Shown here piece by piece: positions 9,390 through 19,498 of a stretch of DNA of 55,475 bases. Every line of letters starts with the position of its first letter. Position 1 is the first letter of the stretch. This DNA is from a virus (lineage: Duplodnaviria; Caudoviricetes). The notes beneath the pieces are model-generated. The model saw nothing but the letters and a program-made list of their open reading frames with translations, was not told the DNA's origin and did not search any database. A program made the position numbers and the translations under genes. The stretch lies in IMG/VR virus record IMGVR_UViG_3300025430_000028, positions 1 to 55,475 of that record; one strand, given 5' to 3'.

Positions 9390-9406
9390 GCATCAAATAT
9401 ACGAAA

Positions 9407-10249
9407 TTACAATGAAACATAGGTTACAGAAATAACTTCACCATCTAAGAAAACATCACCTGTTGGAGGTGTAAATGTACCTGTAGATGGGGTATATTGT
9501 ATTTGGTTCATATTTGACGTAGAAGTCAATACCGGCTGCTTAACTTGAGTATCTCTACTAACCAAAACTAAATCTGTAATCGGAACGTTTATTAATTGAG
9601 AGAAAGCATATGAGATTGCAGAGCCTACAAATGTATGATAAAGAGTAGGTTGCAAGGTCTTACCACTTGTATTAGAAGTAGCCAATCCCTTGTTGTATTC
9701 GTATATAAATACCTGTCCTGCTTGTGCAGGGAAGTTTAAAGTAACAATAATTGATGAAGAACTATATAGAATAGTATAGCTATTTTGGTTGGTAGCTCCT
9801 TGTGGAATTTGAAGCCCATCCACCGTCATTAAGAAACTACCAGCCACGATTCTGCTATCTGTAATTGTAAATGTAGTACCACCAACACCTAATGGCGCAC
9901 TTGACTCCCCTATAGTAAATTGATTTTGAACCATCAATATACCATTTAACAATTCTCCAGTAGTTGGGTTATAGATAATATTACCACTAGATTGAGTAAC
10001 AATAGACCTTGCTAAAACACCATAGTAACCGCACAATTGATAAACCCAATTAGCTACCTGAGTTAATGTAGGTTCTGTAGGGTTATTTGTATAACACCAA
10101 GCCAATGCAGCGTTTTCTGCATATATTTTTTGAGGCAAAGATGGGTCTAAACTACCTGTATTGAAAATTTCATTGGTAGTAACCGCATTTTGAGCCAAAT
10201 ATTCAGAAACTTTAGCTATATTTATTATCTGCTTGGTCGTTAGTGCCAT
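9407..10249 (-). CDS. putative tail structural protein (fibre docking/hub candidate); start corrected to MALTTK at 10249
   Basis: ATG overlaps the upstream TAA (TAATG coupling); helical N-terminus followed by beta-rich domains. Confidence 0.6.
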   Translation of the reverse strand: MALTTKQIINIAKVSEYLAQNAVTTNEIFNTGSLDPSLPQKIYAENAALAWCYTNNPTEPTLTQVANWVYQLCGYYGVLARSIVTQSSGNIIYNPTTGELLNGILMVQNQFTIGESSAPLGVGGTTFTITDSRIVAGSFLMTVDGLQIPQGATNQNSYTILYSSSSIIVTLNFPAQAGQVFIYEYNKGLATSNTSGKTLQPTLYHTFVGSAISYAFSQLINVPITDLVLVSRDTQVKQPVLTSTSNMNQIQYTPSTGTFTPPTGDVFLDGEVISVTYVSL

Positions 10250-10764
10250 TAGAATAAGAAGTTTTGATTTGCTATTAAATATTGTGCTCTGTTTAAAGCA
10301 TCTTGTGCAGAAGCTATATCGTTCCCATAATTCACAGCATTCGAGCATTCATCTATAAACGTTCTCAATAATAACTTATTTTGATAATAAGAACTATCTC
10401 TAATTGGTATTTGACCTGAAGCTATATATTGAGTTAGATTGTAGTAAAATAATTCACTATTAAGAGTAAAGGCAAATAAAGCATTTACTGTGTATTGAGG
10501 AACTGTTGCTACCATCCACTCTACTGTAATACTTAATGCATAATCTTGATTTAATACATTAATATTAATAAAGCTAGGGCCTAACGGCCAATCAACATAA
10601 TTAGTATTCGTTCCTGTAGGCACTAAGTACGTACCATCGGCCTGTTGTATATAAACCCTTCTTCCTGTAATAGCTACATCTGACCCAGTAGAAGTATCAT
10701 TTACAACTAGGATACTAGGCTGAGAAAAATTTTGTGCTACTGTGAATGCTGGTGAAAATGACAT
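10249..10764 (-). CDS. putative tail structural protein
   Basis: 171 aa ORF, beta-rich then helical; promoter at 10782-10789; lies between the ejection and fibre genes. Confidence 0.6.
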   Translation of the reverse strand: MSFSPAFTVAQNFSQPSILVVNDTSTGSDVAITGRRVYIQQADGTYLVPTGTNTNYVDWPLGPSFININVLNQDYALSITVEWMVATVPQYTVNALFAFTLNSELFYYNLTQYIASGQIPIRDSSYYQNKLLLRTFIDECSNAVNYGNDIASAQDALNRAQYLIANQNFLF

Positions 10765-10832
10765 TGTATTGAAATTTAGGTCAAATTTATGATTTTTTTA
10801 ACTATTTTTTGTTTTTTTCTTATTTTACATTA

Positions 10833-13800
10833 TTATTTAGCTTCTGCAACTCTAAACCCTGTTGAACCAGAAATAGCTCCACTTAATATACCTTTAAGAA
10901 CATCATTAAGCTGAGATTCATCTGCTCCATTATCAATTGCAGATTGGTATGTCACCTTAGCAGCTTCGGCAACAGGTAATGGAGCTTTTTGAAATAAATA
11001 TTCCCAAGCGGTAAGTGTATGTTTACCTTTTTTTGGCTCATCTCCTATATATGGTAATGGATTACCAAAAAAATCAGACCTTGTAACTAAATCTACAGGA
11101 ATGGAATATCCCGGAGCTAGTTTACCTCTACCATACCCAATAGCTTTTTCACCTAATATATCTATTCTACTTTTCCCATAAAGTTCTTCTTGAGGTTTAA
11201 TAGCAGCTTTTGTCAATTCTTTTATAAAATTTAAGACTCCAATTTGACCAGAACTAGGGTCTATCATTAAATTACCAAATTTAAATTTAAGCCAATCAGA
11301 TTTAGAAGGGTCTAATAAATTTACTTTTTTATCAGGGTTCAATACACTTTGCAACCCTGCATTAGCTCCTAATAATATAGTCATAGTTGCTAATTGCTGA
11401 CCTACTCTGTTTGCCCATACTTTTGCAAAAGCTCTTTCTGCTGCTGTGGATTGACTAGGATTAGTTAATGCTTTTATAGCATAAGTAGTTGCTTGCACAG
11501 GATTCCTAGTTAATTTAGCCCATCTTGAAGCTTCCATACCTCCTGCAAATGTTACTTCATTTACCCATTTAGGTACATTTAAATTAGTAGCCCCTGTTGC
11601 GTTATTAATTAATCTAGCTATGCTTTTAGCTACTTCTGGGTCAGCCTTATCAGCTTCACTTAATTTATTAAACTCGCTATCAAATAACCCTTGTCTTAAT
11701 ACTTTAATAGCATTAAAACCTTTTTCCCCAGCAGCTCCTGCCTTTGATAAGAATCTAGGCATATATTTTTGAGATGTCTGAAATTCTTCTATATCTTTTG
11801 CAGATGTAGCATCAGGATTATTTTTTAACCCTGCTCTTTGAGCTGTAACGTAATTAGGGCTATGTTTAAGTTCATTAATAGCTTTTTGATAATTAGCCTC
11901 ACTACCATAAGCAAATTTCCATCCATTTAAAAATGCAGGTATAGTTTGTTTCCATGTTGAAGGCTGAAATAATGTCATACCAGCGTGAGTCCCAACAAAT
12001 ATACCACCATGACCAAAAACACTTATACTTCTAAATAAATTTGTAACTTTTCTAACTGATTTAGGTATCCCAGATAAAGCTTGTTCGTCAATCCAATTTT
12101 CAGTAGCAACTCTACCCCTATTATAATCATATTCACGTTTCCACATAGCATCTGAAATTCGTTGCGTTTTAGGAGTATTTATAGCTTCATTAACTTGTCT
12201 CCATGATAATCCTAAATCACTAGCCACATACCCAATCATATCTCTATAAGAAGCTCCTTTATCTAAATAAGTATCTTTAGCGTATTTCCAAATATCCTTA
12301 GATTCATCAATGTTAAATTTATTATCTCTTTTGTCTTTAAATTTATTTTGTAAATCATTTAATCTTTCTTCATTCTGTTTAGCTATTTCATCATCAGTTA
12401 AAGGCTTTTCACCTTTAGATTTTAAAATACCTAAATTTTTCTTTAAATCATATATATCATCATTTAATTTATCTATTTTTTGTTGCTGCTCAGGTGTTGG
12501 ATTTAAATTACTTTCTTTTTTTTGTTTAACTATCCCTCTTTCTAAATCATCTTTTTCTTTTTCAAGCAATCTTATTTTTCTATCTTCAGGAGTTTCTTTA
12601 ATTGCATCAGTATAATGCTGTGTTAAATCTTTTTCTAATTTATTTTTATCTTTATCTGATAATTTATTATACCATTCTGATTCTTTTATTTTATCCAAAA
12701 TAATAGCTACTCCATCTGCTATTTGTCCTGTTTTTTCAATAGCCTTAGCACCAAGTTCTACTAAGTCATTCCAAGACGCACCTTGTATTTGAATTGGGAT
12801 TTGATTACCATTTTCATCTGTAAACGTTAATGGCTTTGTTTTTAATTTTCTAAAAGTATCAGCATATTTTTTAGCTATTTCTGATAATTTCTTTTTAGGC
12901 TCATTTTCTACTCCTTCTCCTAAAAATTCTTTATTAGCTGCATCAACTGCATCTTTCTCAGCAACGGTTAATCTAGCTTTTCGTATTTGATTATCTTTAG
13001 TTAAAGATTTAGCTTTAGCTTCTTGCTCTTTTGTTAAAGCTTTTCTAGTAATAGCTTTAAATCTATTAGAAACTGCTTGAAAATCATCTGTATCTATATC
13101 TCTTTCACCTTGTAATGCAACAAAGCTTCTAGCTGCTTCTGTGCCAAGTAATTTAGTTTTTACAGCATATTCGGCAAGTTTGTTTAATGAATATTTATAT
13201 TCATCACTATCTATTCCAAATTCAGCAGCTACGGCATCTGATTCTTTTTTTAATTTTTCAAGTTGCGCTCTAGCTATAGATATTCTATCATGTAATGGTG
13301 CATTATAATCAGTAACATCATCAGGATTAGCTCCATTTTCTAAAAGAGTCCTTCCTCTGTCTGCATACCATTTTGGAGGGTAATATTGTCCTCTTATTGG
13401 TTCTGGTAAATTTAATTTTTTAGCTAAATTTGATAATGAACTATGTGAAACACCTACTAAATTTTTATCACCTTCCTCTACTCCTGTGGGAGCTTCGGTA
13501 CTTGTGGTTTTTTCATCATTGATAGTTTCCCCTTCCTTTTCTGCTTCTGGCTGCTCACCGACTTCTCCGGCAGGCTCTCCCCTTTGCTCGCCTGATTCCA
13601 CTCCTCCACGTTCACCCCCTGTTGCTCCAGTTTCTCCTTGTTGGCGTTGAAGTACGCTCTCTGCGCTTGGCTCTTGAATGGCATTTTTTGTTGTTTTTAT
13701 TGGTTCTTTTAATAAATTTTCTGCTTCTGATATTGGTATTAGTTGGGTTACTTTATTACCATTTTCATCTACCTTACTTACATTAACTAATCCTTTTCCT

Positions 13801-16800
13801 TTATTTATATTCTCTACAGTTCTTCCATCAGGCAATACAGCACCTTCTTTTAATTCAGATTCAGGTAATTCACCTTCCTCTTTTTTACCTAATTCTAAAA
13901 ATTTTTTAGTTGTTTCATCAGTCCATTTACCATCTGTCTCCTCTAAGGCCCTTAATGCTCTTGTAACCTTACTATGTGTTATAACGGCTGTTTCCTTTCC
14001 TAATTCATTTTTAGTATGGTCATACGCTTTTTCCATTCTATTTGTAAAACTATCAAATTTTTCAACTGTATTATCATTATTATATTCACCTTCAGTCCAT
14101 CCTTTTTCATCAAATGAGCCTTCGGGTTGACCATCATATCTACCTATATCGGCTGTTCTATAAATAGGATTTGATACGCTTTTAACTCCAGCAACTTCGG
14201 CTACTTTTTTACCAGTCTGTATTCCCCTTTCTACATCAGAATGTTCTACTGTAGTTAAATCTGGATTATTTTCTTTTATATAATTACCAATATCTTCAGC
14301 CTCTTGAAGTCCTTCAGGTGTTAAATGACTATCATCTTTTACTCCATTTTCTAGACCTTGCGCTGTTTTATTATCTTCCCCATGTTCAAATACTTTAGTT
14401 CCTGTAATTTCTATTGGCTGGACTTTACCTGCTCCTGTTGGTATTGGCTCTGCTTTAATTTCTTCTTTTTTGCTTGGTATCGCTTCTGTTATAAAAGTTC
14501 CTTTATAAACATCATCCATTTTATCTTTAATATCAGATAATCTTTTTGACATTGCATCCTGCAAATCTTTAGGTAAGTCTTTATTTAAATTACTTTCTAA
14601 ATCATCTTCTTGCATTTTTAAAAACATCAATTCATTCCTACTTTTATCATCTAATTTATTACCTTTAGCATCAACCATTGGTGTTTTTTCATAAACATCT
14701 TTTGCTCTTTGTATATTATCTCTTATTTGAGAAGCTTCTAATGGTTTTATAGTACCATCAGCTTCTTTTTGTTTTAATATACCTAATGCTTCTTCGCTAT
14801 TCTTACCTGCTAAATATAATTGTTCTTTTACCGCATCTGGAACATTTTTAGAAATTGCACCTATCCCAGTTCCAAATAATGCAAAATTCAATCCTTGTAA
14901 TATTTGTTGTTTTGCAAATTGATTATAATCAACATCTTTCCCATCAATCTTTTGCTGAATTAATTGTGAAGCCCCTAATATTGGTTGCATTTTAGCAGCA
15001 CCTAAAGCTCCTTCTTTTGCAGCTTCTGGTAGTTTTGAGAAAAAATCTTTTAATACACTTGGTTTATCTCTTAATGCAGTTAATATCTCATCATCACTTA
15101 ATTTATTTATAGCAATACCCATTGCGGTTTTAGTACCTGCTGCTGCTTTTATTCTTTCTGGGATATCACCAACTGTATATGCTAAAGCATTAATACCTGT
15201 ATTTGTAAAAGCTTTTAATCTTGGATTTGCTTCATTCTTAGCTGTAGCATTGGCTAATTCATCTTGATATGATGTAGCTAATACATTCCCAAATGTTGTA
15301 AATAATTTTTTACCTAATCCAGCAGTTGCTCCTCCACCTGTAAATGCTTCTGCTGCTATATAAGGGAATAAATCAGCAGCCATTTTACCTACCCCATAAA
15401 TTAATGTATTAGCTCCTACATTTAATCCTTCATCTGTTTTTTCTTGTGAATATTTATCTTTATTATCTATAAATAATCTAGCAACTTTTGTTTTTCTTTC
15501 TTCATCAGTTAATGTATAATCATTTTTAACTTCATCTATTTTATCTTGTAGCTCGTTATCTTTTAAAATTTTAAAATCTGGTAATGTAGTATTTGCTTGA
15601 GTAACATAAAGATTAGGCCCATTAACTTGCTCCCCTCCTAATGCATTTAATTGAGCTAATGCTTCCCCTTTTTGACTTCTAAATGGAGATGCTAGTAAAT
15701 TATATACACCTTGTCCTGTTTTATATGCATTATAAGCGGCTAAATTAGTTAAATAATCAACTCCTGTTTTTCTTTGTCCTAGTTCTTCTTGAGCTAATTT
15801 GTCTGCATCTAAATATGATATGTCAGGATATTTTACTGATAATTGTTTCATTTGCTCAGAAACATTATCCATTTTATCTTTATATTGATTTGCTTTTGCC
15901 AAATCATCTGGACTTAGACCATTTTGTTCTTTTGATTTTTTTACAAAATCATCATAATGAGATTTATTATTACTATATATTGTATTTAATCCAGTTTCTT
16001 CTAACTCTTTAAGCTTAGATTGTCTTGCTACATTAGCATAATAATCATTAGAAACATCTTCGTCTTTAAGATTTATATAATTAGATAATGCAGGTACTTC
16101 TTCTGGATGCTGTCTTGAATATAAATCAAATCCTATTGATTGAGCAGGATTAAGTCCGGGTATAGGATTATCTGTTCTTGATTTAACTGCGGCATCATTA
16201 CCATAAGCTAATGAGTGGTCTTTTACTAAATTTTTTAATGCATTTTGCTGGTCATCACTATTATCTATATATTTATGTATTAGATTTGTTGCATTATCAG
16301 TATCGGTTTTCTTTTGTTCATATGTCTTATCCACGCCCCCTGATTGCCCTGCACTTAATGCTGTTTTATCTGCATTTATTTCATCTATTTTTGAAGCCTT
16401 TAATTCAGGAGTTAAACTATTATCTTTATTTACATCTTCTATAGCATTATCCATTGCATTTATTAATGGATTCTGCCATTTTATACTAGAAACAGTTTGA
16501 TTGAATTTTACTTTATTATTTTTATATAAATCGGCTAAATATCCTTCACTACCATATCCAGAATTTGGGAGATTAGGTAAATCTGAAACAGCATCAGTAA
16601 AGTCAGTATCATATCCTTGACTTTTTAAATAATCTTTTATTTTTTTAGATTGTGCTACTTTTTCTTCATCTGGCTGAGTAGTTGAAACAACAGGGCCTCC
16701 AACAGTAGATGAGCTAGGCATATCTATTGTTTTAACAGCATTACCTAATTCTTTTGATTTTTTAGATAATTCTACTAATCCACCAATTAAATCAGCATCA

Positions 16801-17207
16801 TTTTCTGGAGATGGAGATTGTGATGGTAATCCTGATTGGGAGATATTTGTCGCACCACCTGCTGAACCAAGATTTTGAGGTTGTTGAGGTAACTGCTGAA
16901 CGTTTGCGCTTGGTTGTTGTTGGTTTTTTTTTTTTAATTGTGTAGCTTCTGGGAAGTATTGATTATAAAAATCAGATTTAGATTTTGTATATAACTTTTC
17001 ACCATCTGGCCCAACGGTATTAAATAAGTAATCTATATTATCTTTATTAGAATATTTTTGCTTAAAATCATTAAATGTTTTTGTATAAAGGCCTTCTTTA
17101 GATAACCCTTTCCATAGATTATATTTCGCATCTGTAGGAGTATTATCAACTTGTTGAGTAGGTTGTGGTTGTTCTTGCAAATTAATATCTTGTGTATCTA
17201 AAGCCAT
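10833..17207 (-). CDS. giant ejection/internal virion (polyvalent) protein containing a histidine-phosphatase-like domain
   Basis: 2124 aa, last of the ejection-protein series; Gly/Ala hydrophobic segments; EHG...LT.EG...SD..R..QT...THS motif set. Confidence 0.7.
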   Translation of the reverse strand: MALDTQDINLQEQPQPTQQVDNTPTDAKYNLWKGLSKEGLYTKTFNDFKQKYSNKDNIDYLFNTVGPDGEKLYTKSKSDFYNQYFPEATQLKKKNQQQPSANVQQLPQQPQNLGSAGGATNISQSGLPSQSPSPENDADLIGGLVELSKKSKELGNAVKTIDMPSSSTVGGPVVSTTQPDEEKVAQSKKIKDYLKSQGYDTDFTDAVSDLPNLPNSGYGSEGYLADLYKNNKVKFNQTVSSIKWQNPLINAMDNAIEDVNKDNSLTPELKASKIDEINADKTALSAGQSGGVDKTYEQKKTDTDNATNLIHKYIDNSDDQQNALKNLVKDHSLAYGNDAAVKSRTDNPIPGLNPAQSIGFDLYSRQHPEEVPALSNYINLKDEDVSNDYYANVARQSKLKELEETGLNTIYSNNKSHYDDFVKKSKEQNGLSPDDLAKANQYKDKMDNVSEQMKQLSVKYPDISYLDADKLAQEELGQRKTGVDYLTNLAAYNAYKTGQGVYNLLASPFRSQKGEALAQLNALGGEQVNGPNLYVTQANTTLPDFKILKDNELQDKIDEVKNDYTLTDEERKTKVARLFIDNKDKYSQEKTDEGLNVGANTLIYGVGKMAADLFPYIAAEAFTGGGATAGLGKKLFTTFGNVLATSYQDELANATAKNEANPRLKAFTNTGINALAYTVGDIPERIKAAAGTKTAMGIAINKLSDDEILTALRDKPSVLKDFFSKLPEAAKEGALGAAKMQPILGASQLIQQKIDGKDVDYNQFAKQQILQGLNFALFGTGIGAISKNVPDAVKEQLYLAGKNSEEALGILKQKEADGTIKPLEASQIRDNIQRAKDVYEKTPMVDAKGNKLDDKSRNELMFLKMQEDDLESNLNKDLPKDLQDAMSKRLSDIKDKMDDVYKGTFITEAIPSKKEEIKAEPIPTGAGKVQPIEITGTKVFEHGEDNKTAQGLENGVKDDSHLTPEGLQEAEDIGNYIKENNPDLTTVEHSDVERGIQTGKKVAEVAGVKSVSNPIYRTADIGRYDGQPEGSFDEKGWTEGEYNNDNTVEKFDSFTNRMEKAYDHTKNELGKETAVITHSKVTRALRALEETDGKWTDETTKKFLELGKKEEGELPESELKEGAVLPDGRTVENINKGKGLVNVSKVDENGNKVTQLIPISEAENLLKEPIKTTKNAIQEPSAESVLQRQQGETGATGGERGGVESGEQRGEPAGEVGEQPEAEKEGETINDEKTTSTEAPTGVEEGDKNLVGVSHSSLSNLAKKLNLPEPIRGQYYPPKWYADRGRTLLENGANPDDVTDYNAPLHDRISIARAQLEKLKKESDAVAAEFGIDSDEYKYSLNKLAEYAVKTKLLGTEAARSFVALQGERDIDTDDFQAVSNRFKAITRKALTKEQEAKAKSLTKDNQIRKARLTVAEKDAVDAANKEFLGEGVENEPKKKLSEIAKKYADTFRKLKTKPLTFTDENGNQIPIQIQGASWNDLVELGAKAIEKTGQIADGVAIILDKIKESEWYNKLSDKDKNKLEKDLTQHYTDAIKETPEDRKIRLLEKEKDDLERGIVKQKKESNLNPTPEQQQKIDKLNDDIYDLKKNLGILKSKGEKPLTDDEIAKQNEERLNDLQNKFKDKRDNKFNIDESKDIWKYAKDTYLDKGASYRDMIGYVASDLGLSWRQVNEAINTPKTQRISDAMWKREYDYNRGRVATENWIDEQALSGIPKSVRKVTNLFRSISVFGHGGIFVGTHAGMTLFQPSTWKQTIPAFLNGWKFAYGSEANYQKAINELKHSPNYVTAQRAGLKNNPDATSAKDIEEFQTSQKYMPRFLSKAGAAGEKGFNAIKVLRQGLFDSEFNKLSEADKADPEVAKSIARLINNATGATNLNVPKWVNEVTFAGGMEASRWAKLTRNPVQATTYAIKALTNPSQSTAAERAFAKVWANRVGQQLATMTILLGANAGLQSVLNPDKKVNLLDPSKSDWLKFKFGNLMIDPSSGQIGVLNFIKELTKAAIKPQEELYGKSRIDILGEKAIGYGRGKLAPGYSIPVDLVTRSDFFGNPLPYIGDEPKKGKHTLTAWEYLFQKAPLPVAEAAKVTYQSAIDNGADESQLNDVLKGILSGAISGSTGFRVAEAK
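13478..13684 (-). CDS. small basic protein MPFKSQAQRAY..., nested out of frame in the giant ejection gene
   Basis: Strong A-rich start context (aataaaaacaacaaaaaATG); N-terminus resembles MPFKS.AQR small phage proteins; locally higher GC. Confidence 0.55.
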   Translation of the reverse strand: MPFKSQAQRAYFNANKEKLEQQGVNVEEWNQASKGESLPEKSVSSQKQKRKGKLSMMKKPQVPKLPQE

Positions 17208-17236
17208 TATTAAAATTTTATCAAATTTACTAATTT

Positions 17237-18688
17237 TTAATCTAAAATACCTATTTTGCTTTTATTTCCTTGTTGTTTTTGTGATGATGGAGGAGCTGCC
17301 ATATTTGGGTCTAAAAAAGTCTTACCATACATCTTTTTAAATTTAGGAGTTAATGATTCTGCTGGGAATGTTTCTGAATCATTTCTAATAAATTGTCCTT
17401 TTGTATTATACTTAGGTATTATTGTTGTAAATTCTTTAGTTTGTGGATTATAATTAACGGACTTAGCTCCTCCGAAAACACTTTTTAATTCATCAGGACT
17501 TGGCTTTATTTGAACATTTGTAGTAAATGGTAATTCGCTAGTACCCCCAAATTGAGATATATTTTTTGGTGCTGAACTTATTAATTGCTGTATTCTATTA
17601 TTTGCAATATCTTCATTTTGCTGGTCTATACTACTTTTCAATTTAGTTTCAGAAGCTCCTTTCGCTTGCTCCCTGATAGGGATTAATGCAGACTCTCTAG
17701 CTATTTCTTGTGCAATAGTTTTTGGAGTATTTCTTTGTTTTTCCTCATATTGACCTTGTTGCAAACCGCCTAATGCATGCCCATAAGCTATATCTGATGG
17801 TTTTAAACTTAATACTCTTTCTTGATTTAAAGTTCCTTTTTTAGCAATACTTCCATCGGGCAATGTAGTATCTTTATCATATACTAAATCTTTATACCTA
17901 GCATCTCCCTTATTAATTAAATTAGAAACGGCTAAATTTTGTTCATCAGCAGTTAAATCTTTTATTTTTTGTTGATATTTAGGAGAATTGCTATAAAAAC
18001 CTAAAACATTATTATATGCAGAATTTAATGCATTTTGGTCATAATTAGATGTTGTTCTAACTAATTGAGTATTATTATTTTTATCTTCAGAAATAACTTT
18101 TTCGCTTTTATTTGGCTTTAATCCTGAAAATGCATATGAATGTAACTTAGCTAAATCATCATTAGTGAATGGCTGTTTAAAACTTAAATCCTCTTCACTA
18201 ATAGAATTGAAATTAGGATTATTTATCCATTTACCAGTATCATCTTTAATCATTCTTGGTTGATGCAACTGATTCAATGTTTGTAAAGAATTAGTATCTA
18301 AATTTTCTTTACCTTTCTTTTGTATTAAACTACCTATTGTTTTATCAGTATTTAAATCTTGTTTACTTTGAGCAATTAATCCAAGCATCCTATTGGCTTG
18401 AGACCTATAATTCATTGCTTCAGGAGTATCTCCTTTTCTTATAGCATCTTTATTTTTTAAATAATAATTATTAAAGTCATTTTTCATGTCAAATAAACTC
18501 TGAACATCTTTTTCGTGCATACCAGTTGGAGTAATATTATCTCCTAATTGGCTATAGTATTTATCTAATGCATCATTTTTAGCTTCTTCTTTAGCTTTAT
18601 TTTGCAAATACATATTTACATATGGTGTACTATCTAGTACAACTGCACTACCGTATGGATTAACTGATGTTTGTAGTAAATCTGCCAT
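17237..18688 (-). CDS. putative ejection/internal virion protein
   Basis: 483 aa, hydrophilic and helical; middle gene of the podoviral ejection cluster. Confidence 0.6.
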   Translation of the reverse strand: MADLLQTSVNPYGSAVVLDSTPYVNMYLQNKAKEEAKNDALDKYYSQLGDNITPTGMHEKDVQSLFDMKNDFNNYYLKNKDAIRKGDTPEAMNYRSQANRMLGLIAQSKQDLNTDKTIGSLIQKKGKENLDTNSLQTLNQLHQPRMIKDDTGKWINNPNFNSISEEDLSFKQPFTNDDLAKLHSYAFSGLKPNKSEKVISEDKNNNTQLVRTTSNYDQNALNSAYNNVLGFYSNSPKYQQKIKDLTADEQNLAVSNLINKGDARYKDLVYDKDTTLPDGSIAKKGTLNQERVLSLKPSDIAYGHALGGLQQGQYEEKQRNTPKTIAQEIARESALIPIREQAKGASETKLKSSIDQQNEDIANNRIQQLISSAPKNISQFGGTSELPFTTNVQIKPSPDELKSVFGGAKSVNYNPQTKEFTTIIPKYNTKGQFIRNDSETFPAESLTPKFKKMYGKTFLDPNMAAPPSSQKQQGNKSKIGILD

Positions 18689-18720
18689 TTTATATACTTA
18701 TAATTTTATTCTCTTTATTT

Positions 18721-19476
18721 TTATTCCCATCCTAGCATTACAGCAGGAGTTCTATTAACGCCTTGTATAGATGGCCCTGTCCCCCTAAAAGGTAATTGCT
18801 CAGGTGTATTTTCTGCCTGAACTATATTAGAGCCAATAGGTACTGTAGGAGCAGTAGGAGAACCTTTACCTATTGCCCCAAAAAAGACAGGAGGAGGCGT
18901 TTTAGTTTTTTTATCTTTATTATAAGCCATAATAGAACCACTTCCAGCAGCATTAAATATATTTTGTATCCCTGCTTGCTGAGATTGAGCAGCAGATGCG
19001 GCTTTCATGGCTTTTAAGTTAAGATTAGTTTGGTATGGATTTAACTGGTTATATTGATATTTCTGATTTTGAACTTGATTAGCGGCTTCAGCAGCTCCAC
19101 CTAATTGTTGAAAAGCTTGATTTTGTTGTTGTTGACCTGCAACAGCAGCTCTTTGAGAAGCATCTTCTTGTCCTGCTACTAATCCACCTACACCTGCTAA
19201 TGCATTTCTACTTCCTTGCAAAGCACTTAAGCCAGTTCCTAATCCTCTATCTGCTTGCTTTTGCATTAATCCATACATCGCACTTTGTCCTACAGGAACA
19301 TTAGCTCTATTTAAAGCTTGTTGATAATAATCCATTACGCCTTGACCTCCTGTATATTGAGGTGCATTTTGAGCAGCTTGCTCAAGTTCACGCTGTTTCC
19401 TACCTTTACCGCTAAATAGAGATTGACCAAGACCTATTGCTGCTTGCGCTCCTACTAATCCTGCTGTTAATGGCAT
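18721..19476 (-). CDS. putative ejection protein (T7 gp14-like position)
   Basis: Ala/Gly/Gln-rich with a hydrophobic N-terminus (LTAGLVGAQAAIGLG). Confidence 0.65.
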   Translation of the reverse strand: MPLTAGLVGAQAAIGLGQSLFSGKGRKQRELEQAAQNAPQYTGGQGVMDYYQQALNRANVPVGQSAMYGLMQKQADRGLGTGLSALQGSRNALAGVGGLVAGQEDASQRAAVAGQQQQNQAFQQLGGAAEAANQVQNQKYQYNQLNPYQTNLNLKAMKAASAAQSQQAGIQNIFNAAGSGSIMAYNKDKKTKTPPPVFFGAIGKGSPTAPTVPIGSNIVQAENTPEQLPFRGTGPSIQGVNRTPAVMLGWE

Positions 19477-19498
19477 AAAATATTATATTAATTTATTT

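Noticed and set aside
12310-16444. Plus-strand Phe/Leu/Ser-rich ORFs opposite the giant gene
   Set aside because: Antisense shadows of Lys/Glu-rich coding sequence.
10833-17207. Giant protein as a crAss-type virion RNA polymerase
   Set aside because: No DxDxD catalytic motif in an RNAP-like context was found by eye.
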